From Squalus acanthias (taxonomy: Eukaryota): DNA of 64,000 nt. The translations under genes were made by a program, and so were the position numbers. Numbering within the stretch: position 1 is the first letter of the stretch; every line of letters begins with the position of its first letter. The DNA is taken from the NCBI GenBank assembly GCA_030390025.1, contig CM059431.1:117864001-117928000 (forward strand), in the 5' to 3' direction. A model generated the notes under the pieces. That model was not told the DNA's origin. It made no database searches and saw only the letters and a program-made list of their open reading frames with translations. Shown piece after piece: positions 1-13,043 of the stretch.

Positions 1-281
1 GTCGTCCCCCTGCTCTGAAGCCGCAGGTTTGGTTTCAAGAGGTGGCAGATTTCTGTGATCACGTCCTTGGTGAAGCGGAGTCTCCGAATACACTGCTCCT
101 GGCTTAAGTGCAAGTCGGAGTAGTGCTCTTGGAAGACCCTAGTTAGGCAAGGCCTCCTGCTGAGAGCCCTCTTGCCCCTCCTCCTCCTCCCTCTGCAAAC
201 AGCTTGTCCTCTTCTTTGCTGCCTCTACTCCATCTCCCTGTCATGCTGCAGCGCGAGGGGAACTGCAAGTAGAGCCCCCAT
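1..281 (-). pseudogene. Harbinger (HARBI1-like) transposase, N-terminal fragment, runs off the window start
   Basis: Minus-strand reading MGALLAVPLALQHDREME*... then RVFQEHYSDLHLSQEQCIRRLRFTKDVITEICHLLKPNL, matching the N-terminus of the other Harbinger transposases here. A TATTTAAAGGG motif lies upstream at ~465-475. Confidence 0.8.
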
Positions 282-639
282 GACTGGGAGCAAGTGGGTT
301 GAGCAGAACCCTTGAAGTCAGAAGCAAGGCCTTCTCCATCTGCAACACCACTCCCTGTCACCTCACCAATTTTAAATAGCTGTAGAAAGCTCCAAACACT
401 TGCACAAACTTACTCAGAGCCAGTAGAAATCAAAAAGCAAGTTTCCTGAAAGTTGTTGATGATCCCTTTAAATACTGCGGGTGGGGGTCCCTCGTGCAGA
501 TGAACGCACCTTCAGCTATGTGTGCTTTGGACAGGGCGTGCAGTCAAGCAGCAATGTCCAAAATAGCAGGTGATGTCATGATCTGTCGCATTAGCATTCT
601 TCTGGTGAATGCAAGCAATGGCCGCGCTACCGACCTGTT

Positions 640-830
640 TGGGTACAAAGTAATCTCCGAGGTGGAACACATAAAAGAAAATCTAGCAAAAAGGATCTCG
701 CACCCATACCAGAGACCACCTGATTCTCTGAACGTTGAATGGATAGACAATCTGTTGGGCTCCATTACAGGCATGCAATCCTTCCCATTTGATTTTCTTC
801 TATGTGTTCTGCTCAAGTGATTAGTTAATA
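640..830 (+). mobile_element. Possible very old LINE endonuclease fragment
   Basis: ORF 494-820 reads ...HPYQRPPDSLNVEWIDNLLGSI..., resembling the YRPP motif of APE endonucleases. Weak. Confidence 0.25.
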
Positions 831-1759
831 CCTGAGTGCAAAAGAGGAAGATATGCCCCAAAGACCTTTACCAGTAACTAATACTCTCATCTCCCTTTAA
901 GAAGCAGCCTTGAGCAAGCCGAGACCTAGAACTCCCATCCATCCAGTTTTATATGGGCCAGGTGCACAGTGTGGGGAAGCCTCGTCAGAAGTAAGATTCA
1001 GCGTTGGACCAGTTTCAATGCATTTCAAATGCCACAGGCAGAACCACACAAAATCAGGCCTGTCATGCATTTGGAACAAATTCTTTTGTCCGTTATTTTA
1101 ACTGAGGCTTTAAACCATTTAAAATATTTGGGAGTTCATTCTGTGGTCCCAAAAAGAGAAATCTCTGTCCATTATGTCCTCCGTTGAAAGGTTCAGCTCA
1201 TGTTTTGTTACTTTCAGTTTCTTGACATTCTCCACTAAATATTTTGCTTAGCATTGTTGGTGAAATTCGTATTATGTGTCAAGTCTGCAATGCCTACCTT
1301 ACTGTATTATTTAACTGCAATTATTTGTACCATGGTATAATTATACATCTTATCCAGTAGATGATTTATTTTGAGGCTGTTTTGGAAAATTTGACGGAAA
1401 AAGCTCGGTGGAGTTTTTCCTGCAAAAGTCTGCTTAAATTGCCTTTCCGTCCACCACCTGGAAAGTAGCCCAGAGGTGATTCATGAGCGATGAAAAATAC
1501 ATCAGTGTTACAAACTCCACTGTGCTGCTTGCAAAGTACGTTGAAGAGTTCACAGCTGACATACATAAAACTACAGCAGCGTCCTCCTTGGAATAGTTTG
1601 ACAGGTAGCAGCATTTAGTAAACTCAACTGTCAGTGTCTTTGTATCAAAATATATATTTCATTAATGTAATGAAATACAGGAAAACATGCGGAAATTATC
1701 CACTCTACCTCCAAACTATACACATTGATGTTTCTTTGACATACATCATTAAGCGGTCA

Positions 1760-1889
1760 TGATGCGGAGATGCCGGTGTTGGACTGGGGTGGACAAAATT
1801 GAGAGGTCGCACAACACCAGGTTATAGTCCAACAGTTTTATTTGAAATCACAAGCTTTTGGAGCTATCGATTGCCCCTTCCTCAGGTGA
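1760..1889 (-). mobile_element. Penelope-like element pLTR fragment with degenerate hammerhead ribozyme
   Basis: Near-identical to 25078-25200. The minus strand reads tcac-CTGAGGA-A-ggggc..gctcc-AAAA-GCTT-gtga (GAAA changed to AAAA). Confidence 0.75.
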
Positions 1890-2721
1890 AGTAAATAGAT
1901 ACAGAATCGCCAAAGCATATATAGATAGACAACAAAGCATGTGTACCTTACAATTGCAGACATTACATCATTAACCCATGGAATTCCATCTTTGAGGAAT
2001 TCCAGTTTCCCAGAGTCACCCTTTTCTTTTGGTTTTCAGCTCTCACAGTAGGACAACAAAATAGGAACTATTATTACAGGTACAGTACTTCAGATGTCAG
2101 GAGTAATTGTATTAATTATATATATTACAAAAACATTTTAAATAACTTCAAATACAAATACATTTCACTTCTGCTCTATCTTCCTCTTCCTGGTTATCCT
2201 ATTTTTATTATTTTAACTTTATTTTTACCTCATTTCAAACTAATATACACCATTTTTACTATTCTCTACCTTCTACGTAATTTCTTGTTAAACCGTTAAA
2301 AACAAGATCCGTGAAAATCTGTGGCAGTTCCGGTGTAGTGCTGCTGTAACTTGGTCAGGAGTCTGCCGCAACAGCTGGAAACTAGGCCAGGACCTGGAAA
2401 TACCAGGATCCAACCTTGCATCCTTAGTATCATGTTTGACCTGTTGGGTCGAAGCCTCCACCCTCCCCACAAATGGCTATCGTCATAAGTGAGGCAGGGC
2501 CGAAGGTAGGCAGTCGCAATGTTGGGAGTTCCTGCACCTTAGGCATTCGGACGGATCCAATGTACAGTTGGTGGAGGTGCGCCTGGTCAAACCAGGCACA
2601 TTTTCTCAAACAACCAGCAGCAGTGGTGCCCACCTGTGGGTGCAGACCAGGATCATGGCCTGGACCTACAAAGTTTGCTACCATACTATCATGATTTGAA
2701 GGATCATGCAGGCTGGATGGG

Positions 2722-2772
2722 TCAAGGATAACCACTCCGGACTAGGGGATCAAGGATAACCACTCCGGACTA
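2722..2772. repeat. Short direct duplication (23 bp, 28-bp period)
   Basis: tcaaggataaccactccggacta occurs twice. Confidence 0.9.
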
Positions 2773-4079
2773 ATAACCCTGTGGAGCAAACCACAAATGG
2801 ACATGGAACATAGGTACAAAGAATCTCATTCCTACAATCAAATTCTGGTGGAGCATACCATAACATGCTCAAGCAGGGAATTTGTTCCTTGGGCAGATCG
2901 ATGGAGTTATGGGGAAGAGGGTTCTGCTCTATAGACCTGATTAGATTTTCAAAAGCCTAGCCATCTATTACATCTTAAATAATGTTGGCGTGCAGTGAGG
3001 AGTTACCCTGCAGCAGAAGAAGCAGGAGATACAGCTTCTATCCGTAACAGAGGAGAAGAGGGAAAACATGGGTGATGGCAAATTTAAGCCAGGATGGCCC
3101 TCACAATTTTCAGAATTACAGGAAAGCCACGAATCATGCACGCTGACCTCCAAGCACAAATGTCCAATCTGCGCCCTTGTCAAGCAAGACATTGAAAGCA
3201 CCAACTCTTAAAATTTACCCCATAAGAGTTGTGTCCAACACTTTTTGGAGAATAAAACTATTGCATTCCTAATATCTCATTAACATTTGGTCATTGTATT
3301 TTAAAATGAGTCACACTGCATTTAATTTCTCTTATGATGAAACTTCAATGTATGCAAAACTTTTCCAACACTGTCACTTTTGATTCCAAAATTGATATAT
3401 TTTAGCAAATTGCTCTGTTAGCTCCTGCAAAACCTGACATTCCATATTTCCTAAACCATCATTTGTGATTTTCTAACTCACAGGAATTTAACCAATTACT
3501 ATCACTTTTAATTGGAAAATTTCAACATAAATTGCTCTTAATAACATAGCTAGCATAAAAGTGGAAAGTATGGAGTTATTTTTTACTGCGTGATATTGCA
3601 GTGACTTCCATTATTTCTTCATCTGTGATGTAGGGCGTTTGTTTACCTTAGCAATGTCTGGCTTGCAGGCAAAAAAAATCCTGATCACAATAACCCTGTG
3701 TGGCAGTTTTTAAGAAGTCTATTTTCTGTCGTGATAATGAATGTTCTGGCATTTGTTATGCTGGAATAAGGGACAGAGAGCTCATTAAAACACAAGGCAC
3801 AGATGAATGTTTTGAACAGCTTGAGGTCTCCCACTCCAGTATAAAGGAGACTGCAACATTCAGTTACCTTCAGTTATGCTATCTTGACCAGGCAGATTGC
3901 TTGTTTCATCTAATTTATCAGCCAATGGATTATGAAGGGTTTACATAAAATGTTTATATGTAAATTGTTTAAAATCCATACATCTATTTATCATTATAAA
4001 CAGATGGATACCTGGCATATGGTAATCTTTTGCATACTTGGGCATAACATGATCTCAGTATCATATGTGCCATTGAAGC

Positions 4080-4502
4080 AAGGCACATGAATGATTTGGA
4101 CTCGGGAATTGGAAGTACAATATCAAAATTTGCAACTGACGCCCTATTGGGAGCTTTAGTTAATACAGAGGAAGACGGTGACAAAATACAAGAAGATATT
4201 AACAAACTTGCAGAATGGGTGTGTAAATGGCAAACAAATTTCAATATAGATAAGTGTGAGATGATACATTTTGGTAGGAGGAATAAGGAGGCCACTTACT
4301 CCTTGGAAAATAGGAGTCTAAATGAGATAGAGGAGCAAAGGGATCTCGGAGTAGAGATTCACAAATCATTAAAAGTAGCAAAGCAGGTTGACAAAACCAT
4401 ACAAAATGCAAATAAAGCACTGGGGTTCATTTCTAGAGGAATAGAATTCAAGTGCAGATAAGTTATGTTAAAGTTATATAGAAACTTGGTTAGACCACAC
4501 TT
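4080..4502 (+). mobile_element. CR1 LINE ORF2 (RT) fragment, interrupted by a Harbinger
   Basis: MNDLDSGIGSTISKFATD...WQTNFNIDKCEMIHFG...DLGV...ANKALGFISRGIEFK, followed by LVRPHL. Confidence 0.9.
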
Positions 4503-5033
4503 AAGCCGCGATTTTGCCGCTGCTCAGATGGCGGGTTTGGAGGCGGGTCAGAGGTTAAAATTGTTTTGATTGACGGCGGGTTCGGAACCCGCCGTCAACC
4601 CGCCTCTGCATAACTTTGCTAAGTGCCGGCTCTGGGAGTCGCAATCCACCAAGCGGCGGGAGAGGCACTTAAGGCAGTTAACAGCTTGTTAACTGCCTAC
4701 ATAATCACATTTTAGCAGGGTCTTGCCATTTTTTACATTTTCAGCGTGGTCCACGCCGTTCCCAAACCACGCCAGCTGATTGTGCCGGGTTCAGCAAATA
4801 CCTGACTTCTTGACAGCTGCAACTCCAGCATAAAAGCGGAACTCTAACATGGCTGACTTACAGATGACAGAACTTTGTTTTTTGAGGTGTTGGAACACTT
4901 TTTGCAGGTCTACTGATCTTGCAAGTGGTGAAGGTGAGATCCATCTCCAGTGTGACCTCCTGGGAAAACCCTCTCCCCACATTGACTGAGCGCTTATAAC
5001 TTCTAGTCCTCAACTGACATATCTACCAGCAGA

Positions 5034-6262
5034 ATGGGAACCATTTATACCCTGTCATCCTGGTCCTCAGAATCGGAGGAAGAGCAGCCACGGCAGCAGC
5101 AGAACCAACACAACAGCAGCAGCAACAACAGGAGCGCCAAATTTCTCCTCACCCACCTGAAGCTGCACAGGGCAGAGGGCGTCAGCGCAGGGCTGCACCT
5201 CGCCGCAGGAGATACCCCCAGCACAGGGTTTACAGGCAGAGGATGAGCTTCCTCAACATGACTGAGCAGCAGTGCCAAAGGAGGCTGAGACTTTTGCGAG
5301 AGGTAGTCGCTGACATCTGCACTATGCTGCAGCAACACCTGGAGCCCAGAGGAGCGGGTGGACACTCCTTACCAGTGGCTGTCAAAGTCACCACCGCCCT
5401 CAAATTTTTTGCTTCAGGGTCCTTCCAGGGATCATCAGCAGACATCAATGGCATCTCCCAGTCGGCCGCACACACTTGCATCATGAAGGTTACCGATGCC
5501 CTCTTTGCAAAGGCGCACAATTACATCCACTTCTCCATGGATGAAGCAATTGTAACCATGCGTTCAGTTGGCTTTGCAAATATGGCAGGCTTGCCAAGGG
5601 TGCAGGGCATAGTAGACTGCACACATCTGTCCATAAGGGCACCCCATCACAACCCAGCTGTATTTGTGAACCGCAAGGGCTTCCACTCCCTTAACGTCCA
5701 GCTGTTGTGTAACCACAGGAAGAACATTATGCATGATTGCGCCAAGTTCCCTGGCAGTTGCCATGACTCGTTCATTCTGCGGTAGTCTACTGTGCCTCAG
5801 TTCTTCAATCCACCACCCCAACTTTCCGGATGGCTACTTGGAGACAAGGGCTATCTCCTGAAGAAGTGGCTAATGACACCGATGAGGAGGCCATCAAACG
5901 AAGCTGAGGAGCACTACAATGCCAGCCACATTTCCATCAGAGCCATCATCGAGCAAACCATCGGCTTGCTCAAAATGTGATTCAGATCAGGTGGAGCCCT
6001 ACAGTACTCACCAGCCAGGGTCTCCAGAATCATTGTGGTCTGCTGTGCACTGCACAACATCGCACTGCAGTGTGGCTTGGCACTGCCTGAGGTACAAGTG
6101 GCTCAGCGCACAGCCTCCTCCTCCTCCTCAGAGGAGGAGGAGGAAGACCTTGCGGAGGCGGATGCGCCAGTTCCACCAGCACGCGAGCACATTGCTGGCC
6201 GTGATGCAAGGGATGCACTAATCTATGCCAGATTCGCTTACGTTAATGAAGCAAACACATGA
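5034..6262 (+). pseudogene. Harbinger DDE transposase (HARBI1-like), disrupted
   Basis: Motifs [64 protein letters not shown], plus an acidic tail. It has a frameshift, stops at ~5783 and ~5978, and a small deletion. Confidence 0.93.
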
Positions 6263-6504
6263 GGCTGCCACCTTCTTAACACACCAGACACAATCTGTAC
6301 AATAAACTGTGGGTTCCTACCACTCTCACCACCATCTTTACAGATGAAAGGCGCCCTGACACCTCACTTTGACACTTCCATTTCTGGGCACACATAGGCC
6401 AACTCTTTGAATGTTTGCCATCACATTTCTTTATTACATTTGAAATGCTGATCATAATGTTAAATAAGTATTACATCAAAACACCCAAGTGACTACCCTT
6501 GTGA

Positions 6505-9500
6505 CTATTTGTGTGTTAACTTTCTCTTACGCGTGCTTGTACGTGGTGCTTCCCCTGTGGCTTCAGCAGATGTAGAGGCACCTTGCTCACTTTCATGCTG
6601 CTCCTGCTTCAACACCTTTGGCGGGTGTCTTCTGGGTTTGGGAGCCTGGGAGGGCTCGGCATTGGTCTGCTCCTCCTGCGGCTGTGCAGGGGCTGAGACG
6701 GCCATCTCAGTTGAGTGAGGAATCTGGTGGGGCTCTGACCGAGGACTCCGCAGTGGCATGGGAGTGTGAGCGCTTGGAGAGGAGCCCACACTTCCTTGTT
6801 GCCTGACACCAACATCCCTCTCATGGGACAGCTGCACTTCAGTGCTAGCAAGTGGCTGGACAGCACCTTGCTGCACATCAGGGGGGCCATGCGGACCCAT
6901 CTCTGTACTGGCAGTCGTCATAACAAGGACGTCCATGAAGCTCTGATGTCTCTCCTCAATAGATGCCCATCTCTCCTCCATTGCAGACAATCTATTTTGA
7001 AGAGTCACCATGTTTTCGCTAGTCTGGCGACTTATGTCCTCCATGGCGGTTGCCACCCTCTCCATGGCGGAATGGTCATGTGCCATTGCCTCCACAAAGG
7101 CAGTGCTCATGTTAGAGATGGACTCCTCCATTCTCTGCACACTCACAGTTACCCTGGATGCAAACCCTGTCAGAGACTCCAGCACTTATTCCTGGAGTTC
7201 CAGCACCGCTCTCCTTCTGGATGGCCCCAGAGGCACAGGGTCCACATGCAGCTGAGCAGAGCTGGGAGCGCCCTGCGGCCTCCGACAAGGACTCTCCACT
7301 GCTGTCCCAGTCTCCACCATCTGCTGTTGCTCACTTGTGAGCTGTGATACACCAGGTGAAAACACTACTCTATCTCGCGAATGACCCACCAAGGTGTGCG
7401 TCTCTGCGCTGGTGCTGAGTGCGCTCAATTCTGCTGACACTGCGCCCTCAGAGGTTGCAGCTTCCTCTGAGAGTCTTCCGTCTCTTCCTCCTGGACAGTG
7501 GGGAGGGGGTCTCTTGATGGTCCTGTGGGGGAGTAAAGGCATGAGTTAGACATGTGATATTAACATAACAGGCACATCGACTTGAGCAGATGATCATAAC
7601 TCAATCTGTATGAACATCAGATGCCATATCAGTCACTCATGCAATCTAAATGAGAGGGCTGCAAATTTATTCTGTCACCAGCTTGCTCTACTGCGCTTGT
7701 CTTACTGTCCCACACTTCCAGATCCTCAGCACCTCCTACAATGTCCAGAGCAACCTCCTCAGTGGTGGTTAAATGGGCAATCGAAGGTGGTCCTCCTCCT
7801 GTCCTGGCCCTCTCCCTCTTATTGTGGGCTATCTTTTCTGCAATGAGGGACACAAGTAGAGTTTGAGTGAGAATGTTGGAGTGAGAGTAGAGAATCCATA
7901 GCATAGATGCTTAGAGGGAGACAAAGCTGGAGTGAGGTGCCAATACCAAGGCCCTCCCTGTGCGTTGTTAGTTGTTGTCATTGCATAACAGTGATAGCGA
8001 GTGTGAGGGGTGCATAGTAGAATAGTGAAGTGATTCTGTACATAGAGAGAGAGGAATGGTTAAGGCTGCAAGGGATGTAAGGGTAAAGTGGGATGTGCAG
8101 GAGTAGGTTGACAATGCAGAGTGCTGGTGATGAGAGGAGATGGGGAGCAGATTGAAGGCAAGTGTGATGTTATACTCACTTTTGCTGTGCGTAGCAGGTC
8201 ATTGAATCTTTTCCTGCACTGAACCCAGGTGCGACCAGACAAAGACCTGGCGCTCACCTCCTCAGCAATTTGCAGCCAGGCTGTGTAGCACCAGCTTTCT
8301 GGCCATTTTTATGAATCATATTTTATATCCAAAACTCCAAGAAAGAACTGTACTGTTGGGCAAGCTTGTGGTAGTGGCTTAGGGAATAGAATTGCAAGCC
8401 AGGCTAACCTGACTAAGGTGCATTCATATGCAAACAGCCATCTCACACTGACAGGCTGGGTGAAAGGAAACCCAGGCCGATTGACGTCATCACCATCTAA
8501 CAGGATTACTGGGAACAATACCCTGAGAGGTAAATCAGAGACATTATCAATAAAACACAGTCCCAACCGAAACTGGCGGAAGGCAGGAGATGGCCAGGCC
8601 ATTGTCTTCCAGGAGATAAGCCAGCTAAGCAAGTTCGGTTTGAGATTGAAACCCATTACCTGCTAATGGGGGCCATCAACTCAGGAAATGACAGACATCC
8701 AGTAATCAGCACTCATTGTCTCTCCAGGTGCCAGGCCTGGGAGCGGGGAAACGGAATATCATTTTTCACAAAGATTTCAAAGGTCATGAGACACTCCAGG
8801 CCACAGGGGGGTCCAGACAGATCACCTGAGTCAATACATTGATCAGCATTGGCGGGAGGAAAAGGCGATGGGTTTTGGGTATATCAGGAGCCGTTCAGGG
8901 GCTCTCTCTCTTCTCCTCGGCATCAGTCTACATTGAGTGTCCCGAGTGGGGCTCGGCTCGACGGAACACCCCCGAAGCTGAGCGCTGCTCTTCATCCCTC
9001 ATCAACGGAGCTCGACTCAAACTGGAACTTGGATATCACGTCGGCAGTACGGAACCAGGAGCGAGACATACAGGAAGAAGCTGCAAGCAAGACAACGGGC
9101 AATCGGGGTGAGCATATTGCCTGCGCCTACACATCCACAAGACCACTTAGCTGTGTGAGGGGGTGATTGTAAGTCCCAACCAAACCTTAGAGGGGTTTAG
9201 TGCTGGGGTCCTGTGCTAGTTTATTTCACGGGAGGGTTCTTTTATTTGACCGTGGTAATTTGGCACTGTATGGCTTGTTAGACAAGCCAGGGTTATATTG
9301 TTTTGTACTGTTACGAGTGTTATTGTTAAATCCTATTAAACACAATACGGTTGAGCTCAAACAGGTGTCTGAGTCTGATCTGTCCTTATAATCCCTATTG
9401 TCCAGAACTTGTAGTAAGAGGTGTGTTTTCGGTGCGCCTGAGAAAACCACTTACAGTTGCTTTGGTTTGCTGAGGAGGCTTCCTCCGTCTGTTTGAGGGG

Positions 9501-9595
9501 AACAGTACCTCCTGGTGCCCTCTCACTCCCTCCACAAGAGCATGGAGGGAGTCATCATCAAATCTGGGAGAAGCCTTGGGTCTTGCAGCAGTCAT
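6505..9595 (-). pseudogene. Harbinger Myb/SANT-like DNA-binding protein gene (3 exons, exon 1 split by an LTR)
   Basis: Exon 1 is 9595-9456 plus 8283-8180 (MTAARPKASPRFDDDSLHALVEGV...W...RTWVQCRKRFNDLLRTAK|GT). Exon 2 is ~7837-7679 (KIAHNKRERARTGGGPP). Exon 3 is 7522-6505, with an in-frame stop at 7186-7188 and a basic C-terminus RKRKLTHK. Confidence 0.88.
8284..9455 (+). mobile_element. Solo LTR (Gypsy/ERV type)
   Basis: TGT...ACA termini and a 4-bp TSD GCTG/GTTG. Removing it restores Myb exon 1. ATTAAA at ~9335 suggests + orientation. Confidence 0.85.
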
Positions 9596-9620
9596 TTTCA
9601 CAAGTGGGTAATGGTACTCC

Positions 9621-10004
9621 CACATGATGCGATAGTGGTACCACAAGGTTCAGGATCTGAATATCAGGTGCAAGAGCTGCTGACTGTACATATAATGCCA
9701 CCCATTATTTCAGACGATAAGCAGATTGGCACACAGAAACCCTATCATTGAAAAGCCCATTGATGGCTAAAGAAGAGAAGCAGAAGACAGGAGGGTTGTG
9801 CTAATGGAAGGAGAGGGTCATTCTGCAGGAAACATTCCTTCTTTGGTGCAGGCCTTCCCTGAAGCACTCACTCTGAGTGGGCATTGTGTGTCTGATGTAC
9901 TTATCGAGCTTCCCCTGAAATGGGTGGCATTATATGTACAGTCAGCAGCTCTTGCACCTGATATTCAGATCCTGAACCTTGTGGTACCACTATCGCATCA
10001 TGTG
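9621..10004. repeat. Perfect 86-bp inverted repeat (9621-9706 / 9919-10004)
   Basis: cacatgatgcgatagtggtacc...aatgccacccatt is the exact reverse complement of aatgggtggcatt...tatcgcatcatgtg. Confidence 0.95.
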
Positions 10005-13000
10005 CTAAGTGGTGGGAGTGCCATAAAAACACTTGAATGAACTGAGCTCACATTATTGTACGAAGTCCGCTCATTTGGGCGCAGACACATGCCAAGCAAA
10101 AAGGGTCCCAGCCTTGGCAGGCGCTGAGCTGCATCTGCATTAGCCCCATGAAACATTAGTCTATCAGAATAATTAAAATAGTCAATGTGATGAGACAATA
10201 GATTCATCACAGTAATTTTACCAAAATAGAGAACTGACCAAATAAAACTCATTTGGCAGTTGCTACGACAACAGCGACTTATATTTCTATAACATTCCTC
10301 ACATCCAGAAAGACTTCTCAAACAACATCGTGAACTGTGAGGGGGGACGGGGGTTGGAGGGCAAGAGTGCCATTGCGAGGGGTGAAAAGTGAAAGTTGAG
10401 GTAACTTTTAGAAAAGTGATGCTCTGACCAGTCTATTCGAAACCAAAGGTTACATTTTTCCTATACTTTTTCATTAAAAATCCATCAATTGTGAATAAAG
10501 AGTGTAAAAGTCTTTAGAATTAACCAGAATACATTATTTTTAATGTACAGTTTCAAAATTTTCCAGGATAGCACACCCCAGAATCTCCTAAAAATAGTTC
10601 TTTTACGGTCAGCATTTATATCTCCATCCGATTTTCATGCATTAATGGATTATTCTCTCCAATACAAGATAAAGATTGTTACATAAACCTAGAATTGAAT
10701 TTACAAGCCAATCTATGTAAATTGGATTGGATTGGATTGGATTACTTCTAGGGCAGATCAGGTTCAGGATGTCACAACCTGAAAATCGTAGGCCCACTGA
10801 CCATTTTACGCCAGAACAAGGGCCAAATCAAAATTTAATTTCTCCATCTCAGTGTCCCAAAGCTAAAGGGATTGAAGGAATGTCGCAAGCACCTAAAAGA
10901 TGGATTGCTCGAGAGAAAAAGTCAGAAAGCAAAAGTCAGATGTGTTTGTTGGAGGGGGTTATACTGTTAAATGGAGCCTCAAGTGACAGCTTGGTTTAGT
11001 GGTAGAATTAGCTTATTCAGGTAATCAAAGGAAAGCACACACCCATTGTATTGGAAAGTCTTTTGATCTCCCTGCCGGTGAAAAGAATGACAAATAAGGA
11101 CAGGCTTTTTGAAACACGAAGGTGGTAAGGTCAGTCAGTCTTTTGAACAGAAAGCTGTGAAATCTTTAAACAAGCTCAGAAAGTCAGAAATGCTTGAGGA
11201 GTAATTAAAGACATAGGCTTAGAAATTTCAGCATGCCAGAAACCTGCCGGTGCTACTGTGGGCTGAAGTTAACGGCCGCCCAAATTCATAGCGCAGGCAG
11301 CTTCGCGTTGCCTGCTAATTTAAATTAGTGCAGTGCTAAACTTACTGTGCAATCCTCTTTTTCTGAAGCTACTCACAGCAGGAGGCCCAATGTAGCATGG
11401 CCATAGTGTCCCTGAAGCAAGAACAGTATTGTCTTAAAGCAAGGCTGTTATTTAAGAAAGCAGTGTCAGTTCCTTAAAGGGGAACTGCCTTCTGAAATGA
11501 AAAAAATAAAACATTTAAAAATAGACAGTTTTTAACCCTTAGAGCTCAATTGCCTTCTGAATAAAAATAAACATTAAAAATATTTTGCAAATGGCAGACT
11601 TCAGCTCTTAAAGCCGAATTGCCTTCTGCACCTCAAAAAATGGGAAAAGTGCTTCAGCACTAACACAAATGGTTCAACAAGCCTGGGAAAGGGCACCCAG
11701 GGTCTCTCACACAGGATTCCAGCTTTGTGCAGGGGGTCAACACTGCAAGAGAGGTCCTCTACCCACAGGGGCCTGGAGGACCTCCAGAAAGAAGGATGTG
11801 GGACCACATCACCGAGGCCGTCACTTCCAGCAGTGTCACTCCCACAACATGACTCCAGTGCCCAAAGAAGCTTCATGACCTCAGACTAGTGGTCAAGGTC
11901 AGTTAATGCGTTTTCATAAGCCTTCTCCTACTAACTGCAGCACTAGCCTTGCACACTGCTCATTGCACAACCACCCCGCCTCACCACCTCCCCCCCACCC
12001 GCTACCGCCATCACTCACCAAACAACAATTTGTACCAAACACAAAACACACCTCCCATTCCTAGCTGAAAGGATACAAGATACTGGTATCCTCATGCATT
12101 ATCCTTCTTCTCACATCCCACTTCCCCCTCATCCCACAATATCTTCTGATTTACAAGGTACGCATGGTGTATGCATGCACCTCTTGCCATTCCCGTCCTC
12201 CCCTCACCACAACTCCACACTTGTGCTTTCCTCATTTCACACACCCAAGAAATCCAGCCTGCCCAGCCAATGGTTGACCAAGAAGAGGGAGAGGAGAATG
12301 AAGACGAAGAAGAAGAAACACCATCATTCGATTTCACACTCCCAGCCACCAGCTCCTCGAGGCTGTCCTTCAAGGCCATCTGCAGTGTCCCCCACTGAAA
12401 GTCAGCAGCCTTCCACCAGCCATGCAGCAGCCACTGGGCTAACACTGCACGACATCAGTAGGGTGGGCAAAGGCACACAATAAGGGAATGCACAAGGGTG
12501 ATTAATTAATTTCTTGATGTGATATTGGATGGATAGGTGTATAAAGTTGGATTGAAAAGTTTGCTTTGTGGTGGCCTTTATTTCAGCATTGTGGCCAAGA
12601 GGGCGCTGTGATCGTCAGTAACAGAGGGAAGGTAAGGTGTGGGACAAATGTTGAAAGGGGAACTGGGGTTGTGGTCATTGGTACCGTAGGCGGAGGATTC
12701 CATCCTGGATATCTCGGCCAGAAAGGGGCTGTCTGGGTTGGATCTTTCCTGCTGCTTCCTCCTCTTCTGCATTTGCCTCATCTGCATCTTCCTCTTCTGT
12801 GCCTTCCTCTTCCCTCTGTGAGTGGATGCTGGAAATCTGAAATAAAAGCATAAAATGCTGGAAATACTCAGCAGGTGAGGCAGCATCTTGACCTAAGAGG
12901 TGAACTCTATTTCTCTATCTCCATGGATGCTGCCTGGCCTGCTAAGTATATCCAGCATTTTCTGTCTTCTCAGACACATTCCTTTACCATCTGAAGCATT

Positions 13001-13043
13001 GCAAGCATCCAGCAGCACTCTCTGCACACTTTAAAAACTTTTA

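Larger units (their letters stand above)
4504..9620. mobile_element. PIF/Harbinger transposon (decayed two-gene element, right end lost)
   Basis: Left end (A/G)GCCGCGATTTTGCC follows TTA and matches the 31576 element. It carries a transposase (+) and a Myb-like gene (-) tail-to-tail, and is truncated at an inverted-duplication junction. Confidence 0.9.

Noticed and set aside
1366..1614. 82-aa ORF in unique DNA
   Set aside because: No recognisable homology or splice context, and the length is expected by chance.
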